Positions 39,016 through 53,194 of a stretch of 64,000 nt of DNA are shown here, piece by piece (position 1 is the first letter of the stretch; every line of letters starts with the position of its first letter). The stretch lies in NCBI GenBank assembly GCA_026707585.1, contig JAPOWQ010000049.1:25845-89844 (forward strand), written 5' to 3'. Source of the stretch: Chloroflexota bacterium (lineage in GTDB: Bacteria > Chloroflexota > UBA11872). A model generated the notes under the pieces. The model was given only the letters and a program-made list of their open reading frames with translations, had not been told where the DNA came from and did no database searches. The position numbers and the translations under genes are program-made.

Positions 39016-40467
39016 TCAGACGTCCGCCTGGGCAGGCGCCGCAGGCTGTAACGCGGCCGGAAGGCCTCGGGCTACAAGATTCTGCACATGTTCGCGCTGC
39101 CAGTGCAGCCAGCGATTGGCGCGCCCGGCCTCTTCGCGCACCCGGGCTGGCGCGGTTCCGCCAAGCGAGGTGCGGCGCGCGACGGCCCGCTGAAGGTCCA
39201 ACCTGTCGCGCACGTCCGCTGAGAGCCTTGTGTCGGCTGCCGCAAATGCAGCGTCATCGAGATCCGCCAGTTCGATGCCCCGATCCTCGGCCACGCGAAC
39301 CAGTCGACCGACAGCCGCATGCGCGTCGCGAAACGGCACGCCCTGCTCGGTCAAATAGTCGGCTATCTCGATGGCTGTGGGATGCCCCAGACTCGCAACA
39401 GTCGCCATGCGCTTCCGGTTAACTGCGAGCGTACTCAGAGCGCCTGTGAGCGCCTGCAGTGCCGCGAGCACGTCGTCCTCCACTCTGAATACGGCGCGCT
39501 TGTCTTCCTGCATGTCCAGGGCGTACGTCATCGGCACCCCTTTGAGCGTCGCCTGCCAGCCCGCGGCCGCGCCCGCAACCGCGCCAGCCTTTGCGCGCGT
39601 GAGCTCCGCCACGTCCGGGTTGAGTTTTTGGGGCAGCATGCTGCTGCCGGTCGCAAAGGCGTCGTCAAATCGAACCATGCCGTACCCGGGCGACGCCCAG
39701 ATCACCAAGTCTTCCGCCCAGCGCGACAGGTGACCACCGAGCGTCGCGCAGGCCTGCAGCACAGCGCTCACAAAGTCTCGGTCGGACACCGCATCCAGGC
39801 TGTTGCGCGCAACCTGACTGAAGCACAGTGCCTCCGCCACAGATTCCCGATCGATGTCGAAAGACACGCCTGCCAACGCGCCCGCTCCCAGTGGACACAC
39901 GTCGGCCACAGTGTGGGCGTACAGGATGTTGTCCACGTCGCGTCGGTGCATTTCGAACAGGGCCAGGAAGTAGTGCCCAAGCGTGACCGGCTGCGCGACC
40001 TGCAAGTGCGTGAATCCCGGCGCAATCGTCTCCGCCTCCTCTTGAGCCCGCTGCACCAGCACGCCGAGTAGATCGAGCACCGCGATTGCCAAGCGTAAGC
40101 AGAACCCCTTGCAGTAGAGACGGAAGTCCGTCGCCACCTGGTCATTACGGCTGCGCGCGACGTGTAACCGTCGGCCGTGGTCTCCGATTCGCTCCGTTAG
40201 CACCCGCTCGACGTAGCTGTGCACATCCTCATCGTCAGCGTCCGCCGGAGGGCCGCCAATCTGATCGAGTTCAGCCAGCAGTGAGTCGAGCGCCGCTGTC
40301 AGCGCCTTCGCGCTGCCTGCTGGAATAATCTCCTGTTGGCCCAGCATCGCGGCATGCGCGCGACTGGCCACGATGTCCTCGCGGTACATGCGACGGTCGA
40401 CGGGAAACGAGCGGGTATAGGCACGCGCGACATCCGCCGGCGGTTTGTCGAACCGGCCGCCCCACAT
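39016..40467 (-). CDS. argH: Argininosuccinate lyase
   Basis: 'MWGGRF' N-terminus and fumarate-lyase signature 'GSSMLPQKLNPD'. Confidence 0.9.
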   Translation of the reverse strand: MWGGRFDKPPADVARAYTRSFPVDRRMYREDIVASRAHAAMLGQQEIIPAGSAKALTAALDSLLAELDQIGGPPADADDEDVHSYVERVLTERIGDHGRRLHVARSRNDQVATDFRLYCKGFCLRLAIAVLDLLGVLVQRAQEEAETIAPGFTHLQVAQPVTLGHYFLALFEMHRRDVDNILYAHTVADVCPLGAGALAGVSFDIDRESVAEALCFSQVARNSLDAVSDRDFVSAVLQACATLGGHLSRWAEDLVIWASPGYGMVRFDDAFATGSSMLPQKLNPDVAELTRAKAGAVAGAAAGWQATLKGVPMTYALDMQEDKRAVFRVEDDVLAALQALTGALSTLAVNRKRMATVASLGHPTAIEIADYLTEQGVPFRDAHAAVGRLVRVAEDRGIELADLDDAAFAAADTRLSADVRDRLDLQRAVARRTSLGGTAPARVREEAGRANRWLHWQREHVQNLVARGLPAALQPAAPAQADV

Positions 40468-40507
40468 GGTCGCGGGCTACCTCAGGCGAGGGTGCGCTGA
40501 GATTTCG

Positions 40508-41686
40508 TCAGGCGCCCCGCGCGGCGTCGAGTGCATCCAGCCCTTCGTCGAGTTCGGCCGTAGTGATGGTCAGTGGCGGAACGATACGGATCGTCTCCGG
40601 CCCGGCCTTGATCAGCAGCAGACCGTTGCTCCGAGCCTTTTCCACTACCTCGGTCGCTGTGTCCTCGGACTCCAGGTCGAATCCGACCATCAGCCCCAGG
40701 CCGCGCACGTCGGTAATTCGCGCACCGTTCTCGGCGCTAGCCCGTAGGCGCGCGCGCACGTGCGCGCCCTTCGCCCGCACTTCGTCCAAGAACCCGGGAG
40801 CCGTCACGCGATTCAGCACCACGCGGGCCGCGGCGCAGGCAACCGGACTTCCGCCAAATGTGGACCCGTGCTCGCCTGGCGCCAGCACGCTCACGGCCTC
40901 GCTGCTTAGCACGGCACCGATGGGCAGCCCGCCGCCCAGCCCCTTGGCCAGACCGATGAGGTCGGGCGTGACATCAAAGTTCTCGTAGCCGAACAGGCGG
41001 CCGGTTCGCCCGATGCCGGTCTGGACCTCATCGAAGATCAGCAGTACGCCATGCTCATCGCAGACCCGTCGCAGGCCCTGCACGTAGTCCACGTCCGCCA
41101 TGCGCACGCCGCTCTCGCCCTGGACCAGTTCCACCATGACGGCGGCGGTGGACGACGAAATCGAGTCGTCCACCGCATCCAGGTCGTTCAGCGGAACGTG
41201 CGTGAACCCTGAGGGCATGGGTGCGAACGGTTCCTGGTAGGCCGGCGTGCCGGTGGCCGCCGTGGTGGCGATCGTGCGGCCGTGGAATCCGTGCTCAGCG
41301 GTGATGACTTCGTATGCGCCATCTCGCTGCGTTCGACCCCACTTGCGGGCGATCTTCAGGCAGGTCTCGCTGGCCTCCGCGCCGCTGTTCACGAAGAAGA
41401 CGCGGTCCAGCGCTGAGTCCTCGACCAGGCGCTGCGCCACCTCAAGCTGCGGCGTCGTGTAGAACAAGTTGGAGATGTGTGCCAGCGACCGCACCTGGTC
41501 GGCCACCGCGTCGCACAGCTCGGGATCGCCGTGTCCCAGCGTGGTTACGGCAATGCCAGCGGTGAAGTCCAGGTACGAGTTGCCCTCGTCGTCCCACAGG
41601 CGCGACCCCTCACCGCGCACCAGCGTCACCGGAAAGCGGCGAAACGCCTGGTGGTAGTAGCGCGCTTCTAGCTCTTGCCAGCCCAT
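40508..41686 (-). CDS. argD: Acetylornithine aminotransferase
   Basis: Class III aminotransferase with 'LLIFDEVQTGIGRTGRLF' and a PLP lysine 'LIGLAKGLGGG'. Confidence 0.85.
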   Translation of the reverse strand: MGWQELEARYYHQAFRRFPVTLVRGEGSRLWDDEGNSYLDFTAGIAVTTLGHGDPELCDAVADQVRSLAHISNLFYTTPQLEVAQRLVEDSALDRVFFVNSGAEASETCLKIARKWGRTQRDGAYEVITAEHGFHGRTIATTAATGTPAYQEPFAPMPSGFTHVPLNDLDAVDDSISSSTAAVMVELVQGESGVRMADVDYVQGLRRVCDEHGVLLIFDEVQTGIGRTGRLFGYENFDVTPDLIGLAKGLGGGLPIGAVLSSEAVSVLAPGEHGSTFGGSPVACAAARVVLNRVTAPGFLDEVRAKGAHVRARLRASAENGARITDVRGLGLMVGFDLESEDTATEVVEKARSNGLLLIKAGPETIRIVPPLTITTAELDEGLDALDAARGA

Positions 41687-41738
41687 GCGTCGTTCAGCCT
41701 CGCGAGGGATCGAACGGCAGTCGCCGCTCCGACCCGGA

Positions 41739-42533
41739 TTATAGGGACGCGGCCTTGGCCCTCACCTGCGTACCGCCACCGGCCGGGTCAAGGGCACGCC
41801 GCAAGGCGTGGCGTCGCGAACCGTTGGCAATGCAGACCCGGCCCACGTCGCCAAGCAAATCGACCGCGGATCGAACCTTCGGAACCATGCCGCCCGCGAT
41901 TACCTCATCCTGGATCAGGCGCTCGGCGCCATCCGGGTCCAGTTGTGCGAGAACGTCGCCGTCGGCGCCCCGTACTCCGTCCACGTCGGTCAGAAACACG
42001 AGGGCGGCGGCTCGCGTCGCACGCGCCAGCGCCCCGGCAATGTCGTCGCCATTCACGTTGTATAGCGCGCCATCCCCATCAACCCCCAGCGGCGAAACCA
42101 CCGGCACGTGTCCCGCGCACGTCAGGTCATCGAGAACCCGCGTGTTCACCGCCCGGACGTGACCCACCCAGCCAAGATCCGGGGACGCCTGCCGAACACG
42201 CACCACGCCGCCATCCGGCCCGCTGATGCCCACCGCAGAGACCCCGGCATGCTGCAACGCGCCCACGACGGCCGGCGCCACCAGGCCACGAAATACCAGT
42301 ACGGCGTCGTCTCGCGTCTGATCGTCGGTTACGCGCAGGCCGTTGTGCCAGGTTGTCTTGCGATTCCTGGCCGCTTGCCAGGCGGTCAGTTCGTCGCCGC
42401 CGCCATGAGCAATCACGACCCGGACGCCGGCATCGACTAATGTCCGCACGTCGGCGCCGATGAGACCGGCGGCCATGTCCGCCGTCCCGCCGATCTTCAC
42501 GACCACATAGCGGCCCGACAGGCCCAATGCCAT
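41739..42533 (-). CDS. argB: Acetylglutamate kinase
   Basis: 'VVVKIGG...VIAHGGG...NVNGD'. Confidence 0.85.
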   Translation of the reverse strand: MALGLSGRYVVVKIGGTADMAAGLIGADVRTLVDAGVRVVIAHGGGDELTAWQAARNRKTTWHNGLRVTDDQTRDDAVLVFRGLVAPAVVGALQHAGVSAVGISGPDGGVVRVRQASPDLGWVGHVRAVNTRVLDDLTCAGHVPVVSPLGVDGDGALYNVNGDDIAGALARATRAAALVFLTDVDGVRGADGDVLAQLDPDGAERLIQDEVIAGGMVPKVRSAVDLLGDVGRVCIANGSRRHALRRALDPAGGGTQVRAKAASL

Positions 42534-42562
42534 TGTCTCGGCGGACGCGGAGTCCCCGGCGC

Positions 42563-43792
42563 TCAGGTCATGTACTCCGCGTTAATCGCCACGTATTCCG
42601 CCGAGAGGTCTCCGCCCCAGGCCGTCGCACTGGCCTCGCCCTGGTTCAGCGCTACCTCGATCGTCACGTCGGCCTGCCGGAAGTGCTCGGCAACCATCGC
42701 CTCCTCGTAAACCGCGGGCGCTCCGTCGCGAACGACCTGCGTATAGCCGATCCAGATGTCGAGCAGGTTCGGATCGAAGTCCGCGCCGCTATTGCCGAGA
42801 GCCATGACGATCCGGCCCCAATTCGGGTCGCCGCCGTGAATCGCCGTTTTTACCAGCGACGACGTCGTGACCGCGCGCGCCGCCGTACGCGCTGTGGCGT
42901 CGTCCGAGGCTCCGCGCACTGTCACGGCGAAGACCTTCGTCACGCCCTCGCCGCCCCGCACAATCTCCTGTGCCAGCCACCGGCACACCGCCCGCAAACC
43001 GCGGGTAAACGCTTCCGCGTCCGGCGTGCCTTGCTGGATCGAGCCGGTTTCGCTTGCCCCGTTGGCCAGCAGCAGGGCCGTGTCGCTCGTCGATTGGTCG
43101 CCGTCGATGCTGAGCAGATTGAACGAGTTGGCCACCGTCTCGCTCAGCAGCCGCTGCAACGTGCCTCCTTCCAGATCGGCATCCGTCGTCATGAAGACGA
43201 ACATCGTCGCCATGTTCGGATGCACCATGCCGGCGCCCTTCGCGGCGCCCCCAATCCGAATGGTGCCGCCGGTCACCGGAACCTCAATGGCCAGCGTCTT
43301 TGGGCCGATATCTGTGGTCATCATGGCCCGCGCGACTGCCTCGCCGGCGTCGGGCGACAGCTCAAGGGACTCAACGCCCGCCAGGACTTTGGGCATCGGC
43401 AAATGGAATCCAATCACGCCCGTCGACGCAACCAGGATCTCATCGGCCGGCACGCCGAACCGGCCGGCAAAGGCGTTGATGAACGCCAGGCCGTCGGCCC
43501 GCCCGCGCGCTCCGGTGAACACGTTGGAGTTCCCGCTGTTGAACACGATGCCGCGGGCCGGCCTTTTGCTCAGGCGCTCCTTGTTGATGGTCACGGACGC
43601 GCCGCACACGCGGTTGGTCGTAAAGGTCGCCGCCGACCGACAGGGCGTGCGCGTGCTCAGGATCGCGCCCAGGTCCAGCGCCCCGGTAGCCTTGATCCCG
43701 GCGGCCACGCCCCCGCCCACGAATCCGCGCGGCGCCAGCGTGCCGCCCGGAACGACCCGAAAGCCATCAAGTTCCGCGGGCGGCTCGTGCAT
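42563..43792 (-). CDS. argJ: Bifunctional glutamate N-acetyltransferase / amino-acid acetyltransferase ArgJ
   Basis: 'ATMFVFMTTDA' autoproteolytic Thr region. Start moved to 'MHEPPAELDGFRV', whose ATG overlaps the argC stop (TAATG). The longer ORF, 43978 down, is a low-complexity extension. Confidence 0.8.
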   Translation of the reverse strand: MHEPPAELDGFRVVPGGTLAPRGFVGGGVAAGIKATGALDLGAILSTRTPCRSAATFTTNRVCGASVTINKERLSKRPARGIVFNSGNSNVFTGARGRADGLAFINAFAGRFGVPADEILVASTGVIGFHLPMPKVLAGVESLELSPDAGEAVARAMMTTDIGPKTLAIEVPVTGGTIRIGGAAKGAGMVHPNMATMFVFMTTDADLEGGTLQRLLSETVANSFNLLSIDGDQSTSDTALLLANGASETGSIQQGTPDAEAFTRGLRAVCRWLAQEIVRGGEGVTKVFAVTVRGASDDATARTAARAVTTSSLVKTAIHGGDPNWGRIVMALGNSGADFDPNLLDIWIGYTQVVRDGAPAVYEEAMVAEHFRQADVTIEVALNQGEASATAWGGDLSAEYVAINAEYMT

Positions 43793-44829
43793 TACGGGTG
43801 ACTCGGCGGAATCGCCAGGCCAACCTGTTCGTCGATTCCCGCCATGACGTTCGCGTTCTGGACTGCGCTGCCGGCCGCGCCCTTGCCCAGGTTGTCGATC
43901 GCCGCCATCGCCACCAGCGTCTGCGTCGCCTCGTCCACGGTCCAGTGCACGAAGGCGTGATTGCCGCCGGACGTCCACTTGGTGTGCGGCGGAACGCCCG
44001 CCAGGTGAACGAACGGCTCGTCCTCATAGGCGTCGCGGTACGCCTGCTCGACCCGCGACGGGGCGACATCCTCACGCAGCGCCCCGTAAGCCGTGATCAG
44101 AATGCCGCGCGTCATGGGCACCAGGTGCGGGGCGAACGTCACCTCGACCGGTGAGCCGCCGATGTCGCTCAACTCCTGCGCGATCTCCGGACTCTGATAG
44201 TGGTCCGCCACCCGATAGGCCGACGAATCTTCATTGATCTCCGAGAAGCCATACGCGGCCGACGCCGAACGACCCGCTCCCGAGACGCCGGTCTTCGAGT
44301 CCACCACTACGTGGCCCGCGAGCAGTCCGGCGCTCGCCGCCGGGGCCAGCGCCAGCGCCGCCGTGATGGCGTGACAGCCGGGGTTTGCTACCAGCTCAGT
44401 CTCGCGGATCTGGGCGCGATGCCACTCCGTCAGCCCGTATACGCCTGAGTCGATCCACTCGGGCGCCGCATGCTCCACCCCGTGCCAGCGCAGGTAGTCC
44501 GCCGGATTGCGCAGCCTGAAATCGGAACTGACGTCGATGCAGCGGATCCCATCGTCGAGAAACGGAGCCAGCTGGGCCGCCGACGCCTTGTGCGGCAAGC
44601 ACGAGATCACCAGGTCGGCGCTGCCGTTCAGCTCGGGCGTCAATTCCAGGTCGGCGTAGGCGGCGCGGCCGCTGGCGCGCATCCATGGAAACACCTCGTG
44701 CAGACGGCGTCCGGCCTGGCTGCGCGCAGTCGCGCCGACGATCTCGAACTCGGGGTGTACGGCCAGATAGCGAATCAGTTCGCCGCCGGAATAACCCGTC
44801 GCGTTGAGAATCCCTATGCGCATATTCAC
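43792..44829 (-). CDS. argC: N-acetyl-gamma-glutamyl-phosphate reductase
   Basis: 'IGILNATGYSGGEL' and active-site Cys 'NPGCHAT'. GTG start. Confidence 0.85.
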   Translation of the reverse strand: MNMRIGILNATGYSGGELIRYLAVHPEFEIVGATARSQAGRRLHEVFPWMRASGRAAYADLELTPELNGSADLVISCLPHKASAAQLAPFLDDGIRCIDVSSDFRLRNPADYLRWHGVEHAAPEWIDSGVYGLTEWHRAQIRETELVANPGCHAITAALALAPAASAGLLAGHVVVDSKTGVSGAGRSASAAYGFSEINEDSSAYRVADHYQSPEIAQELSDIGGSPVEVTFAPHLVPMTRGILITAYGALREDVAPSRVEQAYRDAYEDEPFVHLAGVPPHTKWTSGGNHAFVHWTVDEATQTLVAMAAIDNLGKGAAGSAVQNANVMAGIDEQVGLAIPPSHP

Positions 44830-44882
44830 CTCGCCTGGGAGACGCGATTATATGGACGGTTGACGTTCGCGCTGCCGGATTT

Positions 44883-45692
44883 TCAGGCGCGTAGCGTCAG
44901 CAACAGGATCAGCGCCAGGGTGCCGGCAGCCACGCGGTAGACCGCAAATGCCGCCAGACTGTGGCGCGCAACGAAGCTCAACAGCCAACGCACGGCCGCT
45001 GTTCCGACCACTGCCGCGACCAGCGTCGCCCCGATCAGCAGCGGGACGTCGCCGATCGACTGGCCGCTGATCGCTAGGTCGACGAACTGAACCAACCCCG
45101 CGCCAGCCACCGCCGGCGCCAGTAGAAACAGCGAAAACCTCGCGGCGGCCTGACGCTCCACACCCAGACCTCGCGCCACCGTCATCGTGATACCCGCGCG
45201 GGAAACCCCGGGAACCAGCGCCGCGAATTGCGACAGTCCAATCGCAACCCAGAATGCGAATGGCGTGGAGGTGAGATCGCGGCGGCCCGTCCCAAACCGA
45301 TCCGCCGCCGCCAGACCCAGCCCAAAGACGATGAGCAGCACCGCTGCCAGCGTGGGATCGCGAAGTGTCGTCAGCCAGCCGCGCAGCGGCAGCGCAATTA
45401 GACCGATCAGTAGAGTCGATCCCACCACCGCCACCAGCAGCCGACGGGCCAATTGGACGGAAGGCCCTCTGCCGACCACGCCGCGGGCCAGCCACACCCA
45501 ATCGGACCAGAGCGCAATCATCAGGGCCAACCCCGTCCCCACGTGCAGCGCCACCGACAGCGTCAGCCCCGTCAGAAACGGATCGGTCCAGCCCGCCAGG
45601 GCGGGAACCAGTACCAGATGACCCGAGCTACTGACCGGCAGAAACTCGGTCAGCGCCTGGACCGCCGCCAGGACGATCACCTCGCCCCACAT
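44883..45692 (-). CDS. uppP: Undecaprenyl-diphosphate phosphatase
   Basis: 'LTEFLPVSSSGHLVL' plus 8 TM helices. Confidence 0.85.
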   Translation of the reverse strand: MWGEVIVLAAVQALTEFLPVSSSGHLVLVPALAGWTDPFLTGLTLSVALHVGTGLALMIALWSDWVWLARGVVGRGPSVQLARRLLVAVVGSTLLIGLIALPLRGWLTTLRDPTLAAVLLIVFGLGLAAADRFGTGRRDLTSTPFAFWVAIGLSQFAALVPGVSRAGITMTVARGLGVERQAAARFSLFLLAPAVAGAGLVQFVDLAISGQSIGDVPLLIGATLVAAVVGTAAVRWLLSFVARHSLAAFAVYRVAAGTLALILLLTLRA

Positions 45693-45754
45693 GGGTCAGG
45701 CGACCCAGCGAGACGCCGACGCGCACCCTGGCGGGCGGCCCAGTGTCAAAGCAG

Positions 45755-47938
<2,184 letters not shown>

Positions 47939-48005
47939 CTACGAAACCTCCCTGCGAACCATGCGTCGCATTGGCTGAGTGCATGGTGAAGCGTCCAAAA
48001 TCGAC

Positions 48006-49091
48006 CTAGACATCGGCGCAGTCCTCGCCGTTTCGAACCGGTCCAACCGCCAGGATCTCGCCAAGGACCTCCAGTAGCGTCCGCATATCCGCGTCCGAAC
48101 CAATCGAGACGCGCAGCGCGTTGGCATGGCGGGGCTCCTCGGCGAAGCGGCGAACCAGGATTCGACGGTCGGCGAGTTCACGCTGAATGACGCCCGCATC
48201 GTGGGGCGCGCACTCAACGAACACAAAATTCGCTTCGGATGGATAGACCTGGAGATCAAAGCGTCCGCGGAGCTCCTCTGCAAATGCGTCCCGCCGGACG
48301 CGAGTTGCCTCCCAGTGCGCCTCCGCCCACGCGATTTCGTCACAGGCTGCCACCCCGGCAACCTGCGCAAGCCGGCTGACATTGTACGAGTCCTTGACAC
48401 GGTGCAAGACGTCGATGAACGCGGGATCGCCCACCGCATATCCCAGGCGGATCCCTGCCAGACCAAACGCTTTGGAAAACGACCGCGTCACGCACACGTT
48501 CGGCAGCGTCCGCGCCAGGTCCATCCGGTCGCTCGACGCGAACTCCACGTACGCCTCGTCAATCACCAGCAGGTTCGTCCGCTCCGCTAGCCAGCGCAGT
48601 TCATCGGCTCCGTAGTGCGTGCCGGCCGGATTGTTGGGGCTGGCCACGAAGGTCACCGCGCCGCGAGCGGCCGCGAGTTGCCGAACCGGTAACGCGAACC
48701 CCGGCCCCAGGGGACAGTGCACCATGCGCGCGCCCTGAATCTGCGTCAGCACCGGGTAGAGCGAATAGCTCGGATGCGGTGCGACGACGCGGGCGTCGGG
48801 TGCGCAGACCGCGCGAATGATCAGATTGAGCACGTCGTCGGACCCGTTGCCCACGATGATGTGCGCGGGCGTCACGTCGTGGCGCGCCGCCAGACGCCCC
48901 CGTAGCTCCTCGCTCGTCGGATTCGGATAGAGCCGCACATCGTCGGTGACGGCCTCCCGCAGGCGCGTGAGCACGCCGGGCGCCACCGCCGGACTTTCAT
49001 TCGTGTTCAGCTTGATCCAGCCGCCTTCGCTCGGCTGGTGGCCCGGCGTATAGCCGTGCAGCGCGGCGATCTCGGGGCGTATTTCAACCAT
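48006..49091 (-). CDS. hisC: Histidinol-phosphate aminotransferase-like class I/II aminotransferase
   Basis: 'KLNTNESP' and a PLP lysine 'SFSKAFGLAGIRLGY'. Confidence 0.75.
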   Translation of the reverse strand: MVEIRPEIAALHGYTPGHQPSEGGWIKLNTNESPAVAPGVLTRLREAVTDDVRLYPNPTSEELRGRLAARHDVTPAHIIVGNGSDDVLNLIIRAVCAPDARVVAPHPSYSLYPVLTQIQGARMVHCPLGPGFALPVRQLAAARGAVTFVASPNNPAGTHYGADELRWLAERTNLLVIDEAYVEFASSDRMDLARTLPNVCVTRSFSKAFGLAGIRLGYAVGDPAFIDVLHRVKDSYNVSRLAQVAGVAACDEIAWAEAHWEATRVRRDAFAEELRGRFDLQVYPSEANFVFVECAPHDAGVIQRELADRRILVRRFAEEPRHANALRVSIGSDADMRTLLEVLGEILAVGPVRNGEDCADV

Positions 49092-49177
49092 TGGTGGGGT
49101 CAGAGGCCGTCGCGCGCTACGCGGACATTCGGAGGCGCATGCTACCTACTGGCCGCGGGTTCCGCCCGCAGCCTGCG

Positions 49178-49738
49178 TCAGCCCTCCCAGCCAAGATCGG
49201 GAAACGCTGCCCGCACCCGGGTATATGTCGCCAGTGAACCCAGGTCACGGATGGACCCCTCGGCAACCAGCCCGGGCAATCGGGCGAGCGGAGTCATGAC
49301 TACCTCGATCTGTTCAGTCTCCTCGGGCTCAGGCTCGCAAACCTGCTCGGCGTCCAAAACGACGAAAACATGAGCCAGATTGCGGTTGCGTGAAGGACTG
49401 GTCAGCAGCGTCCCGGCGCAATGCATGCGACCTGCGTAGCCGGTCTCTTCGATTAATTCGCGGGCAGCGGCGGCTTCCGGCGTCTCGTCGTCTTCCACCA
49501 ACCCCGCGGGAAACTCCAGCACCACGTCACGGGCACCGTGCTTGTACTGGCGCACCAGAGGGACCTCGCAGGCGGGCGTGACCGCCACCATCAAGCAGAA
49601 GTCGTTCTGATTGAGCACGTGGTACTGCGAAATCTCCAGGCCGCTCGGGAGCCGCACGTGCTCCAGCGTGTGAGTCAGCCAGCGGTCGCTGGAGACTGTG
49701 CGCGATCCCAGGATCTTCCAGGGCCGGAGGTCAGGCAT
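49178..49738 (-). CDS. NUDIX hydrolase (ADP-ribose pyrophosphatase-like)
   Basis: Nudix box 'GLVEDDETPEAAAARELIEETG'. Confidence 0.8.
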   Translation of the reverse strand: MPDLRPWKILGSRTVSSDRWLTHTLEHVRLPSGLEISQYHVLNQNDFCLMVAVTPACEVPLVRQYKHGARDVVLEFPAGLVEDDETPEAAAARELIEETGYAGRMHCAGTLLTSPSRNRNLAHVFVVLDAEQVCEPEPEETEQIEVVMTPLARLPGLVAEGSIRDLGSLATYTRVRAAFPDLGWEG

Positions 49739-49803
49739 GCCGGCCCAGCCTCGTTGGGATCAACGCGCGGCGAGCTTTCGGTGCTTTCCCTACGAGCATA
49801 AGG

Positions 49804-50940
49804 TTGAGCGCTGCGTGGGCGGCGTTAGAGGATGAGCTCATCTCCGCCATTAACTGCCCGAGGACTTGTTCCGTGACTGATCCCCGCGTGGAAGCGCTTG
49901 CCGACATCCTAGTGCAGCACTCGACCGAGGTCGGCCCCGGCGACCTGGTCGTGATCGACGGCACCGCCAACGCTCAACCGCTCCTGATGGCCTGCTACCG
50001 GCGCGTGCTGGCGGCCGGCGGGCACCCCCGGCTCAATGTCGGCTTTGAGGAAGCGCAGGAGGTATTCCTGTCAGAAGCCAACGACGACCAGCTTGAGTTC
50101 CTGGACCCGATTGCCAAGTTCCAGGCCGACTCAATCCAGGTCGCCATTCGCATCCGCTCCACCGAGAACACGCGTGCCCTGGCCAATGTAGACCCGTCCA
50201 GGCTGGCCAAAACGATGATTGCCCGCCGCCCTGTCATGGACCAGATCATCGAAAACGTGCGCTGGGTCCTTTGCGACTACCCCACCAATGCGCTCGCCCA
50301 AGAGGCCGAGATGTCGCTGAGCGAGTACGCCGACTTCCTCTACGGCGCCACCAACATCGACTGGTCGGAAATGACGGCGCGGCTGGCGTCGCTGAAGACG
50401 CGGCTCGAAGCGGGTACGGAAATCCGCATCGTTGGACCCGACACGGACCTCACGCTTCGGACCGCCGGACGCACTTGGGAGCCGGCCGACGGCAAAAAGA
50501 ACATGCCCGACGGCGAGATTTTTACGGCGCCCATCGAGGACAGCGTTAACGGCCGCATCACCTACGAGTTCCCCGCCATCTACCAGGGCCGCCAGGTGGA
50601 CGGCATCACGCTGACCTTCAAGGACGGCCTGATCGTCGAAGCCACCGCCGAACGCGGCGAGGACTTCCTCAACGCCATCCTCGACACCGATCCCGGCGCG
50701 CGACGCCTGGGCGAGATCGGCATTGGGACCAACGACGGAATCAAGCGCCACACCAAGAACATCCTCTTCGACGAAAAGATGGGCGGTACGGTGCACCTAG
50801 CCGTCGGACGCGCCTATGAATTCACTGGAGGCAAGAACCAGTCCGCCGTGCACTGGGACATGGTCAAGGATCTGCGCACCGACGCTGCCCTCTATCTCGA
50901 CGGCGAGCTACTGCAGGAGAACGGAGTTTTTCTCGAGTAG
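49804..50940 (+). CDS. Aminopeptidase, M29 (AmpS/PepS) family
   Basis: Typical M29 architecture. Conserved 'EIGIGTN' and 'HLAVG' metal-binding regions. Confidence 0.7.
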   Translation: MSAAWAALEDELISAINCPRTCSVTDPRVEALADILVQHSTEVGPGDLVVIDGTANAQPLLMACYRRVLAAGGHPRLNVGFEEAQEVFLSEANDDQLEFLDPIAKFQADSIQVAIRIRSTENTRALANVDPSRLAKTMIARRPVMDQIIENVRWVLCDYPTNALAQEAEMSLSEYADFLYGATNIDWSEMTARLASLKTRLEAGTEIRIVGPDTDLTLRTAGRTWEPADGKKNMPDGEIFTAPIEDSVNGRITYEFPAIYQGRQVDGITLTFKDGLIVEATAERGEDFLNAILDTDPGARRLGEIGIGTNDGIKRHTKNILFDEKMGGTVHLAVGRAYEFTGGKNQSAVHWDMVKDLRTDAALYLDGELLQENGVFLE

Positions 50941-53184
<2,244 letters not shown>

Positions 53185-53194
53185 CGATCCACAC

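Noticed and set aside
42563-43978. Full-length 471-aa ArgJ ORF starting at 43978
   Set aside because: The first ~62 codons are Arg/Gly/Asp low-complexity and overlap argC. The conserved ArgJ sequence begins at 'MHEPPAELDG', whose ATG overlaps the argC stop, so the shorter model is preferred.
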